Both the position numbers and the translations under genes were made by a program. Positions 33,401 to 45,022 of a DNA stretch of 64,000 nucleotides are shown in pieces. Source of the stretch: Balanoglossus misakiensis (Eukaryota; Animalia; Hemichordata); assembly GCA_040954595.2 (NCBI GenBank), contig CM082583.2, positions 528,542-592,541 on the forward strand, written 5' to 3'. Each line of letters starts with the position of its first letter. The first letter of the stretch is position 1. A model generated the notes under the pieces. That model ran no database searches. It was not told the origin of the DNA and was given only the letters and a program-made list of their open reading frames with translations.

Positions 33401-36400
33401 TTCGAAGAACAAAGGTTTTTTTATTTTTTTTCTTCTAAAAATGACATTTTCAAGGAAAATTTGGTAAAACGCAATTTTGTCTGCAGTGAGCCAAATTAGA
33501 CGGTCTTTTGTGGAATTTGTATCGATATATACATACGAAGAGCATTCTATACTCCATCAGATTTCCGAAAATGTAGAAAACAGGTATTTTTTTGTAATTT
33601 TCAAAAATTTACCATTTTGACCAAATTGTGGCTAAAATTGTTATTTTCGTGTTGAATGCCGCCAGTGTCACTGCTTTTAAAAGTCATAAAAACTTTTAAC
33701 ATACAAGCAATTGTTTATATATGATCAGGTCACCGAATTAAAAAAATAAAGAATGTTTTGCATAAAAATGACCTTTTTGGTGCAAAAACGAATAAAACGC
33801 AATTTTGTATTAAATCAGAATGCATTTTTTATAATCAGCACCATTTTTACATGTAATGGAAATTTAATACATCATCAGATATCCAAATATGAAAAAAATG
33901 ATTTAGATTTTAGATGATTGTCCAAAATTAGCTGATATCTAATAAATGTAGTATTGAACCGTTCTGTTCCCCCCCCTACATTATATGCGGTACGCCGATG
34001 TCAGCTTACCCGGCAGTACTGCAGGCCGTGCCCCCAACTAACGTCGGTGTTTGAAACGCCCTGGTTAAATTCGGGCTTTCTCTATAAATTGACAGGCAAT
34101 AATGCAGTCCTACCGGAACAAATGTCGAGTGTTGACCCGCTGTGACTTTCCCTCTTCGGTTTGCCCGACTTAGCCAACGTCTTTGTACTAGAGTGTCGGG
34201 TCTTTTGCAGAGCCAGGCCGAAGGAAATCCGACTTGATCACCGTTGCTAACGAACGCTAGTGTCTGTCATGGTGTGCCGGGGTTTTAGTCGGGCCAGGCC
34301 GTAGGAGATCTGACTTGATCATCGTGGTCAATGTACGCGTGTTTCCGCTCTAAAGTGCCGGGGCTTCAGCTAAACCAGGCCGTAGGACATCCGCCGTAAT
34401 CACCGTTGATAACTTACGCCAGTCTGTGTCATATAGAGCCGGTGCACCAGCCGAGTCACGCCGTAGGAAATCTGACTTGATCAACGTGGTCAATGTACGC
34501 CTGTTTCTGCTCTAGAATGCCGGGGCTTCAGCTGAGCTAGGCCGTAGGAAACCGGACGTGATTACCGTTGTTAACTTACGCCAGTCTGTGTCCTATATAT
34601 AGTGCCGGGGCGTCAGCCGTGCCAGGCCGAAGGAAATGTGAGTAGATCAACGTGGTCTCTGTACGCGTGTTTCTGCTCTAGAGTGCCAGGGCTTTAGCCA
34701 AGCCATGCCGTAGGAAATCTGACTTGATCAACGTTGCTAACGAACGCTAGTGTCTGTCATAGTGTGCCGGGGTTTTAGTCGAGCCAAGCCGTAGGAGATC
34801 AGACTTGATAAACGTGGTCTCTGTACGCGTGTTTCTGCTCTAGAGTGCCGGGGCTTTATCCAAGCCATGCCGTAGAAAATCTGACTTGATCACCGTTGCT
34901 AACGTACGCTAGTGTCTGTCATATTGTGACGGACATTTAGCGGAGCCAGGCCGTAGAAAAATCGACTTGTTCAACGTTACCAGTGTGCAACTGTTTCTGC
35001 TCTAGAGTGTCAGGGTTTTAGCCGACTTATGCTGTAGGAAATCTGAGTTGATGAACGGGAATTCAATGTTAGAAAACCCGTGTGGAAAGTATCTCTACCC
35101 GTTTGAAACTAAGAAAAGAATTTATTCTTATCTATTTTGTAAAAAAGACAATTTTTCGAAAACAAGTCGAAAATGGTAATTTTGTCTTAGGTGATTTTAA
35201 TTATACCGCCTTTTCTGGAATTTGCAGCACTTTTTACAAGAGAACGACACTTCATGCTCCATAATATTTCCGAAAAAATAAGAAAAGAGTTAATTTTTTA
35301 TGATTTTTTAAAAATTTACCATTTTTGTCAAAATATGGCCAAAATGGCTATTTTTTCTTGAATTCCGTCAATATCTCTGCATTTTTGGAGTGGTCGAAAG
35401 TCTTAATATACAATCAACATGTCATATATGATCAGGGCACCAAATTCGAAGAACAAAGGTTTTTTTATTTTTTTTCTTCTAAAAATGACATTTTCAAGGA
35501 AAATTTGGTAAAACTCAATTTTGTCTGCAGTGAGCCAAATTAGACGGTCTTTTGTGGAATTTGTATCGATATATACATACGAAGAGCATTCTATACTCCA
35601 TCAGATTTCCGAAAATGTAGAAAACAGGTATTTTTTTGTAATTTTCAAAAATTTACCATTTTGACCAAATTGTGGCTAAAATTGTTATTTTCGTGTTGAA
35701 TGCCGCCAGTGTCACTGCTTTTAAAAGTCATAAAAACTTTTAACATACAAGCAATTGTTTATATATGATCAGGTCACCGAATTAAAAAAATAAAGAATGT
35801 TTTGCCTAAAAATGACCTTTTTGATGCAAAAACGAATAAAACGCAATTTTGTATTAAATCAGAATGCATTTTTTATAATCAGCACCATTTTTACATATAA
35901 TGGAAATTTCATACATCATCAGATATCCAAATATGAAAAAATGATTTAGATTTTAGATGATTGTCCAAAATTAGCTGATATCTAATAAATATAGTATTGA
36001 ACCGTTCTGTCCCCCCCCCCCTACATTATATGCGGTACGCCGATGTCAGCTTACCCGGCAGTACTGCAGGCCGTGCCCCCAACTAACGTCGGTGTTTGAA
36101 ACGCCCTGGTTAAATTCGGGCTTTCTCTATAAATTGACAGGCAATAATGCAGTCCTACCAGAACAAATGTCGAGTGTTGACCCGCTGTGACTTTCCCTCT
36201 TCGGTTTGCCCGACTTAGCCAACGTCTTTGTACTAGAGTGTCGGGTCTTTTGCAGAGCCAGGCCGAAGGAAATCCGACTTGATCACCGTTGCTAACGAAC
36301 GCTAGTGTCTGTCATGGTGTGCCGGGGTTTTAGTCGGGCCAGGCCGTAGGAGATCTGACTTGATCATCGTGGTCAATGTACGCGTGTTTCCGCTCTAAAG

Positions 36401-39400
36401 TGCCGGGGCTTCAGCTAAACCAGGCCGTAGGACATCCGCCGTAATCACCGTTGATAACTTACGCCAGTCTGTGTCATATAGAGCCGGTGCACCAGCCGAG
36501 TCACGCCGTAGGAAATCTGACTTGATCAACGTGGTCAATGTACGCCTGTTTCTGCTCTAGAATGCCGGGGCTTCAGCTGAGCCAGGCCGTAGGAAACCCG
36601 ACGTGATTACCGTTGTTAACTTACGCCAGTCTGTGTCCTATATATAGTGCCGGGGCATCAGCCGTGCCAGGCCGAAGGAAATGTGAGTAGATCAACGTGG
36701 TCTCTGTACGCGTGTTTCTGCTCTAGAGTGCCAGGGCTTTAGCCAAGCCATGCCGTAGGAAATCTGACTTGATCAACGTTGCTAACGAACGCTAGTGTCT
36801 GTCATAGTGTGCCGGGGTTTTAGTCGAGCCAAGCCGTAGGAGATCAGACTTGATAAACGTGGTCTCTGTACGCGTGTTTCTGCTCTAGAGTGCCGGGGCT
36901 TTATCCAAGCCATGCCGTAGAAAATCTGACTTGATCACCGTTGCTAACGTACGCTAGTGTCTGTCATATTGTGACGGAGATTTAGCCGAGCCAGGCCATA
37001 GAAAAATCGACTTGTTCAACGTTACCAGTGTGCAACTGTTTCTGCTCTAGAGTGTCAGGGTTTTAGCCGACTTATGCTGTAGGAAATCTGAGTTGATGAA
37101 CGGGAATTCAATGTTAGAAAACCCTTGTGGAAAGTATCTCTACCCGTTTGAAACTAAGAAAAGAATTTATTCTTATTTATTTTGTAAAAAAGACAATTTT
37201 TCGAAAAAAAGTCGAAAATGGTAATTTTGTCTTGGGTGATTCAAATTATACCGCCTTTTCTGGAATTTGCTGAACTTCTTACAAGAGAACGACACTTCAT
37301 GCTCCATAATATTTCGGAAAATGAAGAAAAGAGTTATTTTTTTATGATTTTTTAAAAATTTACCATTTTAGTCAAAATATGGCCAAAATGGCTATTTTTT
37401 CTTGAATTCCGTCAATATATCTGCATTTTTGGAGTGGTCGAAAGTTTTAACATACAATCAACATGTCATATATGATCAGGGCACCAAATTCGAAGAACAA
37501 AGGTTTTTTTATTTTTTTTCTTCTAAAAATGACATTTTCAAGGAAAATTTGGTAAAACGCATTTTGTCTGCAGTGAGCCGAATTAGACGGTCTTTTGTGG
37601 AATTTGTATCGATATATACATACGAAGAGCATTCTATACTCCATCAGATTTCCGAAAATGTAGAAAACAGGTATCTTTTTGTAATTTTCAAAAATTTACC
37701 ATTTTGACCAAATTGTGGCTAAAATTGTTATTTTCGTGTTGAATGCCGCCAGTGTCACTGCTTATAAAAGTCATAAAAACTTTTAACATACAAGCAATTG
37801 TTTATATATGATCAGGTCACCGAATTAAAAAAATAAAGAATGTTTTGCCTAAAAATGACCTTTTTGGTGTAAAAACGAATAAAACGCAATTTTGTATTAA
37901 ATCAGAATGCACTTTTTATAATCAGTACCATTTTTACATGTAATGGAAATTTCATACATCATCAGATATCCAAATATGAAAAAATGATTTAGATTTTAGA
38001 TGATTGTCCAAAATTAGCTGATATCTAATAAATGTAGTATTGAACCGTTCTGTCCCCCCCCCCTACATTATATGCGGTACGCCGATGTCAGCTTACCCGG
38101 CAGTACTGCAGGCCGTGCCCCCAACTAACGTTGGTGTTTGAAACGCCCTGGTTAAATTCGGGCTTTCTCTATGAATTGACAGGCAATAATGCAGTCCTAC
38201 CCGAACAAATGTCAAGTGTTAAACCGCTGTGACTTTCCCTCTTCGGTTTGCCCGACTTAGCCAACGTCTTTGTACTAGAGTGTCGGGTCTTTTGCAGAGC
38301 CAGGCCGAAGGAAATCCGACTTGATCACCGTTGCTAACGAACGCTAGTGTCTATCATGGTGTGCCGGGGTTTTAGTCGAGCCAGGCCGTAGGAGATCTGA
38401 CTTGATCATCGTGGTCAATGTACGCGTGTTTCCGCTCTAAAGTACCGGGGCTTCAGGTAAACCAGGCCGTAGGAAATCCGACGTAATCACCGTTGATAAC
38501 TTACGCCAGTCTGTGTCATATAGAGCCGGTGCACCAGCCGAGTCACGCCGTAGGAAATCTGACTTGATCAACGTGGTCAATGTACGCCTGTTTCTGCTCT
38601 AGAGTGCCGGGGCTTCAGCTGAGCCAGGCCGTAGGAAACCCGACGTGATTACCGTTGTTAACTTACGCCAGTCTGTGTCATATATATAGTGCCGGGGCAT
38701 CAGCCGTGCCAGGCCGAAGGAAATGTGAGTAGATCAACGTGGTCTCTGTACGCGTGTTTCTGCTCTAGAGTGCCAGGGCTTTAGCCAAGCCGTGCCGTAG
38801 GAAATCTGACTTGATCAACGTTGCTAACGAACGCTAGCGTCTGTCATAGTGTGCCGGGGTTTTAGTCGAGCCAAGCCGTAGGAGATCAGACTTGATCAAC
38901 GTGGTCTCTGTACGCGTGTTTCTGCTCTAGAGTGCCGGGGATTTATCCAAGCCATGCCGTAGAAAATCTGACTTGATCACCGTTGCTAACGTACGCTAGT
39001 GTCTGTCATATTGTGACGGAGATTTAGCCGAGCCAGGCCATAGAAAAATCGACTTGTTCAACGTTACCAGTGTGCAACTGTTTCTGCTCTAGAGTGTCAG
39101 GGTTTTAGCCGACTTATGCTGTAGGAAATCTGAGTTGATGAACGGGAATTCAATGTTAGAAAACCCTTGTGGAAAGTATCTCTACCCGTTTGAAACTAAG
39201 AAAACAATTTATTCTTATTTATTTTGTAAAAAAGACAATTTTTCGAAAAAAAGTCGAAAATGGTAATTTTGTCTTGGGTGATTCAAATTATACCGCCTTT
39301 TCTGGAATTTGCTGAACTTCTTACAAGAGAACGACACTTCATGCTCCATAATATTTCGGAAAATGAAGAAAAGAGTTATTTTTTTATGATTTTTTAAAAA

Positions 39401-39808
39401 TTTACCATTTTAGTCAAAATATGGCCAAAATGGCTATTTTTTCTTGAATTCCGTCAATATATCTGCATTTTTGGAGTGGTCGAAAGTTTTAACATACAAT
39501 CAACATGTCATATATGATCAGGGCACCAAATTCGAAGAACAAAGGTTTTTTTATTTTTTTTTCTTCTAAAAATGACATTTTCAAGGAAAATTTGGTAAAA
39601 CGCATTTTGTCTGCAGTGAGCCGAATTAGACGGTCTTTTGTGGAATTTGTATCGATATATACATACGAAGAGCATTCTATACTCCATCAGATTTCCGAAA
39701 ATGTAGAAAACAGGTATCTTTTTGTAATTTTCAAAAATTTACCATTTTGACCAAATTGTGGCTAAAATTGTTATTTTCGTGTTGAATGCCGCCAGTGTCA
39801 CTGCTTTT
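24472..39808. repeat. ~2.05-kb composite macrosatellite, segment 2 (~7.6 units)
   Basis: Marker at 25140, 27111, 29085, 30981, 33040, 35082, ~37126 and ~39169. Confidence 0.97.
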
Positions 39809-40420
39809 TGTGAAGCTTGCCAATATAGGGTCAGCAAATAATACACCATGCTCGGAAAAAATTGTGGTTGTCACTTCTGGTAGTTCAACTTTTTATTTCG
39901 GCCGTATAAGTCATACATTACATATAGTACAGCACAGGTAGGCCTACACATACAGGTAACAAAATGAAAGAGCACGGGTCAGATAATGAATCTGTTACAT
40001 GAGTTAAGTTGAATCGGTCATGAAGCACACATCACCACATTTTTTAAATGCCAAAAACAAGTATAAATAACTAAAGAAGAATAAACTAAATTCCCCCACT
40101 ACAACTATAAATATCAACTAAAGCAATACCAGGTATTCAAATATTTGGATGGCTTATATTTAGCACTATCTAAAGTGGATTGTAAAAGGTAAACTCACCT
40201 ACACATACAGGTAACAAAATGAAAGAGCACGGGTCAGATAATGAATGACCTAGTATGGAAGTGCGTGCCTATATATATGTGTATAGCGCCCTCAACGTGT
40301 GCAGGTAAGTATGCAAGTCAACCCCCTGACCCAGGTGTATAACGCCCTCAACATATGTAGGTAAGTAAGTAAGTCAACCCCCCTGTCACAGGTAAATAGG
40401 TAAATCAACCCCCGGTCACA
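39809..40420 (-). repeat. 3' LTR
   Basis: Direct repeat of 47290-47901 with TGTGA...TCACA termini. Internal 49-bp duplication (39943-39991, 40198-40246). AATAAA on - at 39892-39897. Confidence 0.96.
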
Positions 40421-40432
40421 TACTCCCCCCTA
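40421..40432 (-). other. Polypurine tract
   Basis: TAGGGGGGAGTA on -, directly before the 3' LTR. Confidence 0.85.
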
Positions 40433-40459
40433 ATAAAGTAAACGACACCCTTGTCGTTA

Positions 40460-43400
40460 TCAATTTATCGGTGAACAATGCATGCAAACAAATCTATCAG
40501 GCGGCTTTCTCATTCTCCTTGGATATCTGGACTGGTCATCATTCCTAGTAGTTTCCGTAGATTCTGGAGCCTCGCTGGCAATTTTTTCAGGGCTCTCTTG
40601 GTGTTCATCGACATCAACAGAGTCCGATCCAGCGGCTTCCGGTTCGCTGGCCCCCTCTTCCGTCCTTCCCTGGTTAGCAGACATCTCTTCCTGTTCTGGT
40701 ATTGTAGTTAGAGCGTCTTCCACATTTGAAACTGCTGTCAGATAAAGTATGTCTTTTTCTTGATGGGTTTCGTCAATGATATATTCAGGAAGGGTTACTG
40801 CAGTGAATTCTTCCGTTTGTTCAGTAATTGTTGGTTCTAATATCTCAGGGCCTGTTCTTCGTTCGCTACCCATGGACACATCGGCGGACACATCAGGTTC
40901 ATCTGCTTCATAGTTAAGAGTTCTGGTTTCCCGTCCAACCACTGGGATGTCAATCCAATCTTCACTGCTACTGACACTGCTGGTATCGCTGTCCTCATCA
41001 ACATCACAGTCTTTATCATCATACTGTATTTTAGTTGGAGAATCTGTGGGGGTCAAAAATGTACAGGGTTTAAGCATATTTCTGTGAAGGATACGCTGTG
41101 CTGACCCTTCTTCAGACTGGATGACGTACACTGGAACTTCAGGCTTCTTTGAGATGATCACATATGGAGTGGGTTCCCATTTGTCACGTAATTTGTGTTT
41201 TCCTATAACTGGGGTTTTGTCCACCACAAGCACTCTATCACCCGGTTGGAGAACGAGATCATCCGTTGCCTTTTTGTCATAATTCCTCTTTTGTCTTTTC
41301 CTAGCAACGTCTGTCCGGAGAAAGGTTTCATGGTATGCCCATCTTAATTTAGAGCGTAGGTTTTCCACATACTCCGAGTAATTAGGTTCTGTAGTGACCT
41401 CCTCCGACACATCAAAAGCCAAATCAACTGGTAGACGTGGGTGTCTCATAAACATCAGAAAGAAAGGCGAGTGTCCCGTTGAATCGTGACGGGTACAGTT
41501 ATAAGCATGGGTAAGACATTCCAAATATTCCTTCCAATCCTGCTTCTGAGATGGATCCAATGTGCCTAACATGTTCAGCAACGTATGATTGAAGCGTTCA
41601 TTCATACCATTTCCTTGTGGGTGATAAGGAGAGGTCCGACTTTTCTGGATGCCAGTAATTGTACACAGTTCTCGAACCAAAGCACTTTCAAAGTTCCTCC
41701 CTTGGTCAGAATGAATTCTCTTGGGAAAACCGTAATGGCAGAAGAACTGTTTCCATAGCACCTTCGCCACTGTCTTTGCTTTCTGGTCCTTTGTTGCATA
41801 GGCCTGAGCATACTTTGTGAAATGGTCAGTCACCACTAGCACATTTTCTTCTCCTCCCTTGGACTTCTCAAGTGACAAGAAGTCAATACACACCAGCTCC
41901 AACGGTTCGGTTGTTCGAATGTTAACTAGTGGTACCCTGGTCGACATGGGAGGTAGTTTCCTCAAGGCACAACGCTTGCAACTGTTACACCACTCTTTCA
42001 CAAATGACTGCATATTTGGCCAATAATACCTCCGTCTCACCAAGTCCATGGTTCTATCAAACCCCAAGTGTCCTTGATTATCATGGAGTCCCATCAGTGC
42101 CTGTTCTCTCAAGGTTTCAGGTAAGACCAGCTGCCAGTAGACATTTCCTTCTCGGTCACGGGTGGATCTATACAATACATGACTTCTAACATCCAACCTC
42201 TCCCACTGTTTCAGAAGCAAATTAGTCTCCTTAGACTCATGGGATCGTTGGCGTCTAGTGGGTATAGTTTGTCGTTCCTTGAATTTAAGTACTTTCCCAA
42301 TGGCAGGATCACTTCGCTGGAGCTGGTCTATTTCCCCAGACAACTTGTTTGGCAGGGCTGGTGTGCCACTAAGGTAGTTGATTCCCAATGTTGGTTCCTT
42401 TCCATCACCTACAGGGTTACAGGGGACAGATTGGTGCTCACCTCTGGAATCTTTGACTTCCTTTCTGATGACTGAGCTCACCACATTCAGTGCAGATGCA
42501 ACGGCTTCTCTCGGCATCCTGGACAACCCATCGGCATTTGCATTACTTTTTCCCGGGCGGTATTTAATGTCAAAGTCAAACACGGCCAGCTGGGAGATCC
42601 ATCGCTGACTAGTAGCATCCAGTTTGGCTGTGGTGGTTATATAAACAAGAGGATTATTGTCCGTCAGCACAGTAAATTTATTTCCATAGAGATAATCTTT
42701 AAACTTATCCGTGACCGCCCATTTTAAGGAGAGAAATTCTAACTTGTGGGCTGGGTAGCGACTTTCTGCAGGGGTAAGTCCACGGCTAGCATAAGCAATT
42801 ACTCTATCTGTTCCATCTTGCCGTTGTACCAAAACTGCGCCAAGACCACTAATGGAGGCATCCACCTGTAGTATAAAAGGGAGGGTAAAGTCCGGATATC
42901 CCAGGATCGGTGCAGTGGTGAGCTTCTGTTTTAAAAGTGAAAAAGCAGATTCACAGTCAGTCGTCCACTCAAAGGGGGGTAGTTTCACCTGTTGATTTCT
43001 ACCTTTCTTCTTTCTTGCATCACCAGACACTAACCGATTCAATGGAGCAGCAATTCTTGAAAAACCTTTCACGAACCGGCGATAATAACCCGCAAAACCA
43101 AGAAACTGCAGGACTTCCCTTCTAGTTGTGGGCCGTTTCCACGCCTTGACTTTGTCTATCTTCTCCGGGTCTGTACGGACACCATTGGTTGTCACGATAT
43201 GTCCCAGGTATTTAACCTCTTGACGCAGAAACGAGCATTTCGATGGCTTTAACTTCAATCCATGGTGCCTTAGTCTATCAAACACCATCTGCAGTCTACG
43301 AAGATGTTCATCAAATGTTTGTGAAAACACGATTATGTCATCTAGGTATATAAGAACAGTTGCAAAGTGTTGATCCCCCAGACAGCACATCATCAAGCGA

Positions 43401-45022
43401 GAAAAGGTTGCGGGCGCATTCATTAAGCCGAATGGCATCCGGTTCGTTTCATAGAGACCCATGGGAGTAGTAAACGCTGTCTTGTGTCGGTCTTTCTCCG
43501 CCACTTTCACTTGCCAATATCCAGAAGTAAGGTCCAGCGATGAAAAGAACTTTGCTTTCCCCAGTGCTTCCAGAGCCTCGTCCATCCTTGGTAATGGATA
43601 TGCATCCCGGACTGATCGTAGATTCAACTGTCGATAGTCAATACATATCCGAAGGCTACCATCCTTTTTCTTTACAACCACTATAGGGGATGCATAAGGA
43701 GATTTACTTGGCCTTATCACACCAGAGTCCTCCATATCATTCAGATGCTTGAGTACATCCTGATACTGGGCAGGCGGTATCCTTCGATGTGGCACCCGGA
43801 ATGGCTTTTCATCTATAAGGGGTATCTCATGTTCCACTGTTGATGTACACCCGTAGTCGAGAGGATGTTGAGAGAAGACATCCGAGTTCCGATCCAGTAG
43901 GGCTTGTAACTGTTTTAATTCTTTCCGAGTTTTAAAGGCAGAGTTACTGAAATCTATGTCTTCAGATACTGGTTTCACTCTTCCTTGAGCTGAGACCGGA
44001 CGATGTGGAGCTGGTGACCTATACCATCTTCTACACTTGTTTCCATTGGCGCGTTTACTTTCACTAGTGGATTGAACTCGTGTTTTTGGTCTCCCTCTGT
44101 CTGTACATACCATGTCAGTCAACACAGTCTTCACTTTGGCATCGATGTGTAGATCGGCAAGTGCTGTATTGCGATATATCCTCACGGGTTTCGCAGACAG
44201 ATTACAAACTCTAACAATGACTCGATCATTCTCCACTGTGCTCAAACTTCTAGCCGTCACAATATTATTCAAGTCTCCACTGCAGCTTGGACCTTCCACC
44301 AGGACAGTATAGGGCTTCTCCGCTGAAGTTCTTGGGGCACGGCAATTTATGCATACCTCACTTCTGGGGGGAATAATGTATGGCCGACGTCCTGTATATT
44401 TGGCAGCACCAATTCGTCCATCATGTCCACCAATTTCAGTTCGCCCAGTGTCTCTATATACTCGATGCCAGACTGCCGATGTTTTCTTCACTTTGGTAAG
44501 ATAACATGCCCCATGAGTATTTCTCATATGTATGCGACTTGCCCGAATCACATTTGTTCCAATCAGAACTGGCACTTCCCTCCTGTAATCAGTATCCGGC
44601 ATGACAAAGGCTGGAACATCACTATAACGTTGACCAAGAAACTCCAAGTCCAGAGAGATCACGCCGTCATACGGAATTGTTTCGGCTGATGCCCCTTCGA
44701 TAGTTATATTGCTGGTCCGCATAGGTTGATTACGTAATATGGGGTGCTGCTGAACAAAGGTTTTTGAAATAGATGTAATCTGCGATCCGGTGTCAACTAG
44801 AGCCCTACAGGGTACACCATCTACAATCACTTCATCTTCGTTTGCTGGGCCAATCAGCTGTTGGTGGCTGGCATCTGGCATATTAACTGCACGTAATGGC
44901 TGTTCTTGACTACACCGATACCGTGACTTTAAAGAGTCATTCTTCGAGTTTTTCTCAATAGGGCTGAACATTTCTTCAGTGCCTGTCGCCTGCCCTTCAG
45001 CAACAGGCCCTATTCGTTTAAT
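40460..45022 (-). CDS. pol: Gypsy Pol polyprotein (protease, RT, RNase H, integrase), expressed by -1 frameshift from gag
   Basis: Uninterrupted ~1520-aa frame: LVDTGSQ, YLDD, VDASISGLGAVL, HDNQGH...CKRC, CIDFL/HSDQG/NERFN, and an acidic tail ending RYPRRMRKPPDRF. No chromodomain is visible. Confidence 0.96.
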   Translation of the reverse strand: MKRIGPVAEGQATGTEEMFSPIEKNSKNDSLKSRYRCSQEQPLRAVNMPDASHQQLIGPANEDEVIVDGVPCRALVDTGSQITSISKTFVQQHPILRNQPMRTSNITIEGASAETIPYDGVISLDLEFLGQRYSDVPAFVMPDTDYRREVPVLIGTNVIRASRIHMRNTHGACYLTKVKKTSAVWHRVYRDTGRTEIGGHDGRIGAAKYTGRRPYIIPPRSEVCINCRAPRTSAEKPYTVLVEGPSCSGDLNNIVTARSLSTVENDRVIVRVCNLSAKPVRIYRNTALADLHIDAKVKTVLTDMVCTDRGRPKTRVQSTSESKRANGNKCRRWYRSPAPHRPVSAQGRVKPVSEDIDFSNSAFKTRKELKQLQALLDRNSDVFSQHPLDYGCTSTVEHEIPLIDEKPFRVPHRRIPPAQYQDVLKHLNDMEDSGVIRPSKSPYASPIVVVKKKDGSLRICIDYRQLNLRSVRDAYPLPRMDEALEALGKAKFFSSLDLTSGYWQVKVAEKDRHKTAFTTPMGLYETNRMPFGLMNAPATFSRLMMCCLGDQHFATVLIYLDDIIVFSQTFDEHLRRLQMVFDRLRHHGLKLKPSKCSFLRQEVKYLGHIVTTNGVRTDPEKIDKVKAWKRPTTRREVLQFLGFAGYYRRFVKGFSRIAAPLNRLVSGDARKKKGRNQQVKLPPFEWTTDCESAFSLLKQKLTTAPILGYPDFTLPFILQVDASISGLGAVLVQRQDGTDRVIAYASRGLTPAESRYPAHKLEFLSLKWAVTDKFKDYLYGNKFTVLTDNNPLVYITTTAKLDATSQRWISQLAVFDFDIKYRPGKSNANADGLSRMPREAVASALNVVSSVIRKEVKDSRGEHQSVPCNPVGDGKEPTLGINYLSGTPALPNKLSGEIDQLQRSDPAIGKVLKFKERQTIPTRRQRSHESKETNLLLKQWERLDVRSHVLYRSTRDREGNVYWQLVLPETLREQALMGLHDNQGHLGFDRTMDLVRRRYYWPNMQSFVKEWCNSCKRCALRKLPPMSTRVPLVNIRTTEPLELVCIDFLSLEKSKGGEENVLVVTDHFTKYAQAYATKDQKAKTVAKVLWKQFFCHYGFPKRIHSDQGRNFESALVRELCTITGIQKSRTSPYHPQGNGMNERFNHTLLNMLGTLDPSQKQDWKEYLECLTHAYNCTRHDSTGHSPFFLMFMRHPRLPVDLAFDVSEEVTTEPNYSEYVENLRSKLRWAYHETFLRTDVARKRQKRNYDKKATDDLVLQPGDRVLVVDKTPVIGKHKLRDKWEPTPYVIISKKPEVPVYVIQSEEGSAQRILHRNMLKPCTFLTPTDSPTKIQYDDKDCDVDEDSDTSSVSSSEDWIDIPVVGRETRTLNYEADEPDVSADVSMGSERRTGPEILEPTITEQTEEFTAVTLPEYIIDETHQEKDILYLTAVSNVEDALTTIPEQEEMSANQGRTEEGASEPEAAGSDSVDVDEHQESPEKIASEAPESTETTRNDDQSRYPRRMRKPPDRFVCMHCSPIN
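44981..45022 (-). promoter_or_regulatory. Candidate programmed -1 ribosomal frameshift signal
   Basis: A TTA AAC heptamer (45022-45016), 7-nt spacer and 9-bp stem GCCUGUUGC/GCGACAGGC (45008-45000 with 44989-44981). pol is in the -1 frame. Confidence 0.75.
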
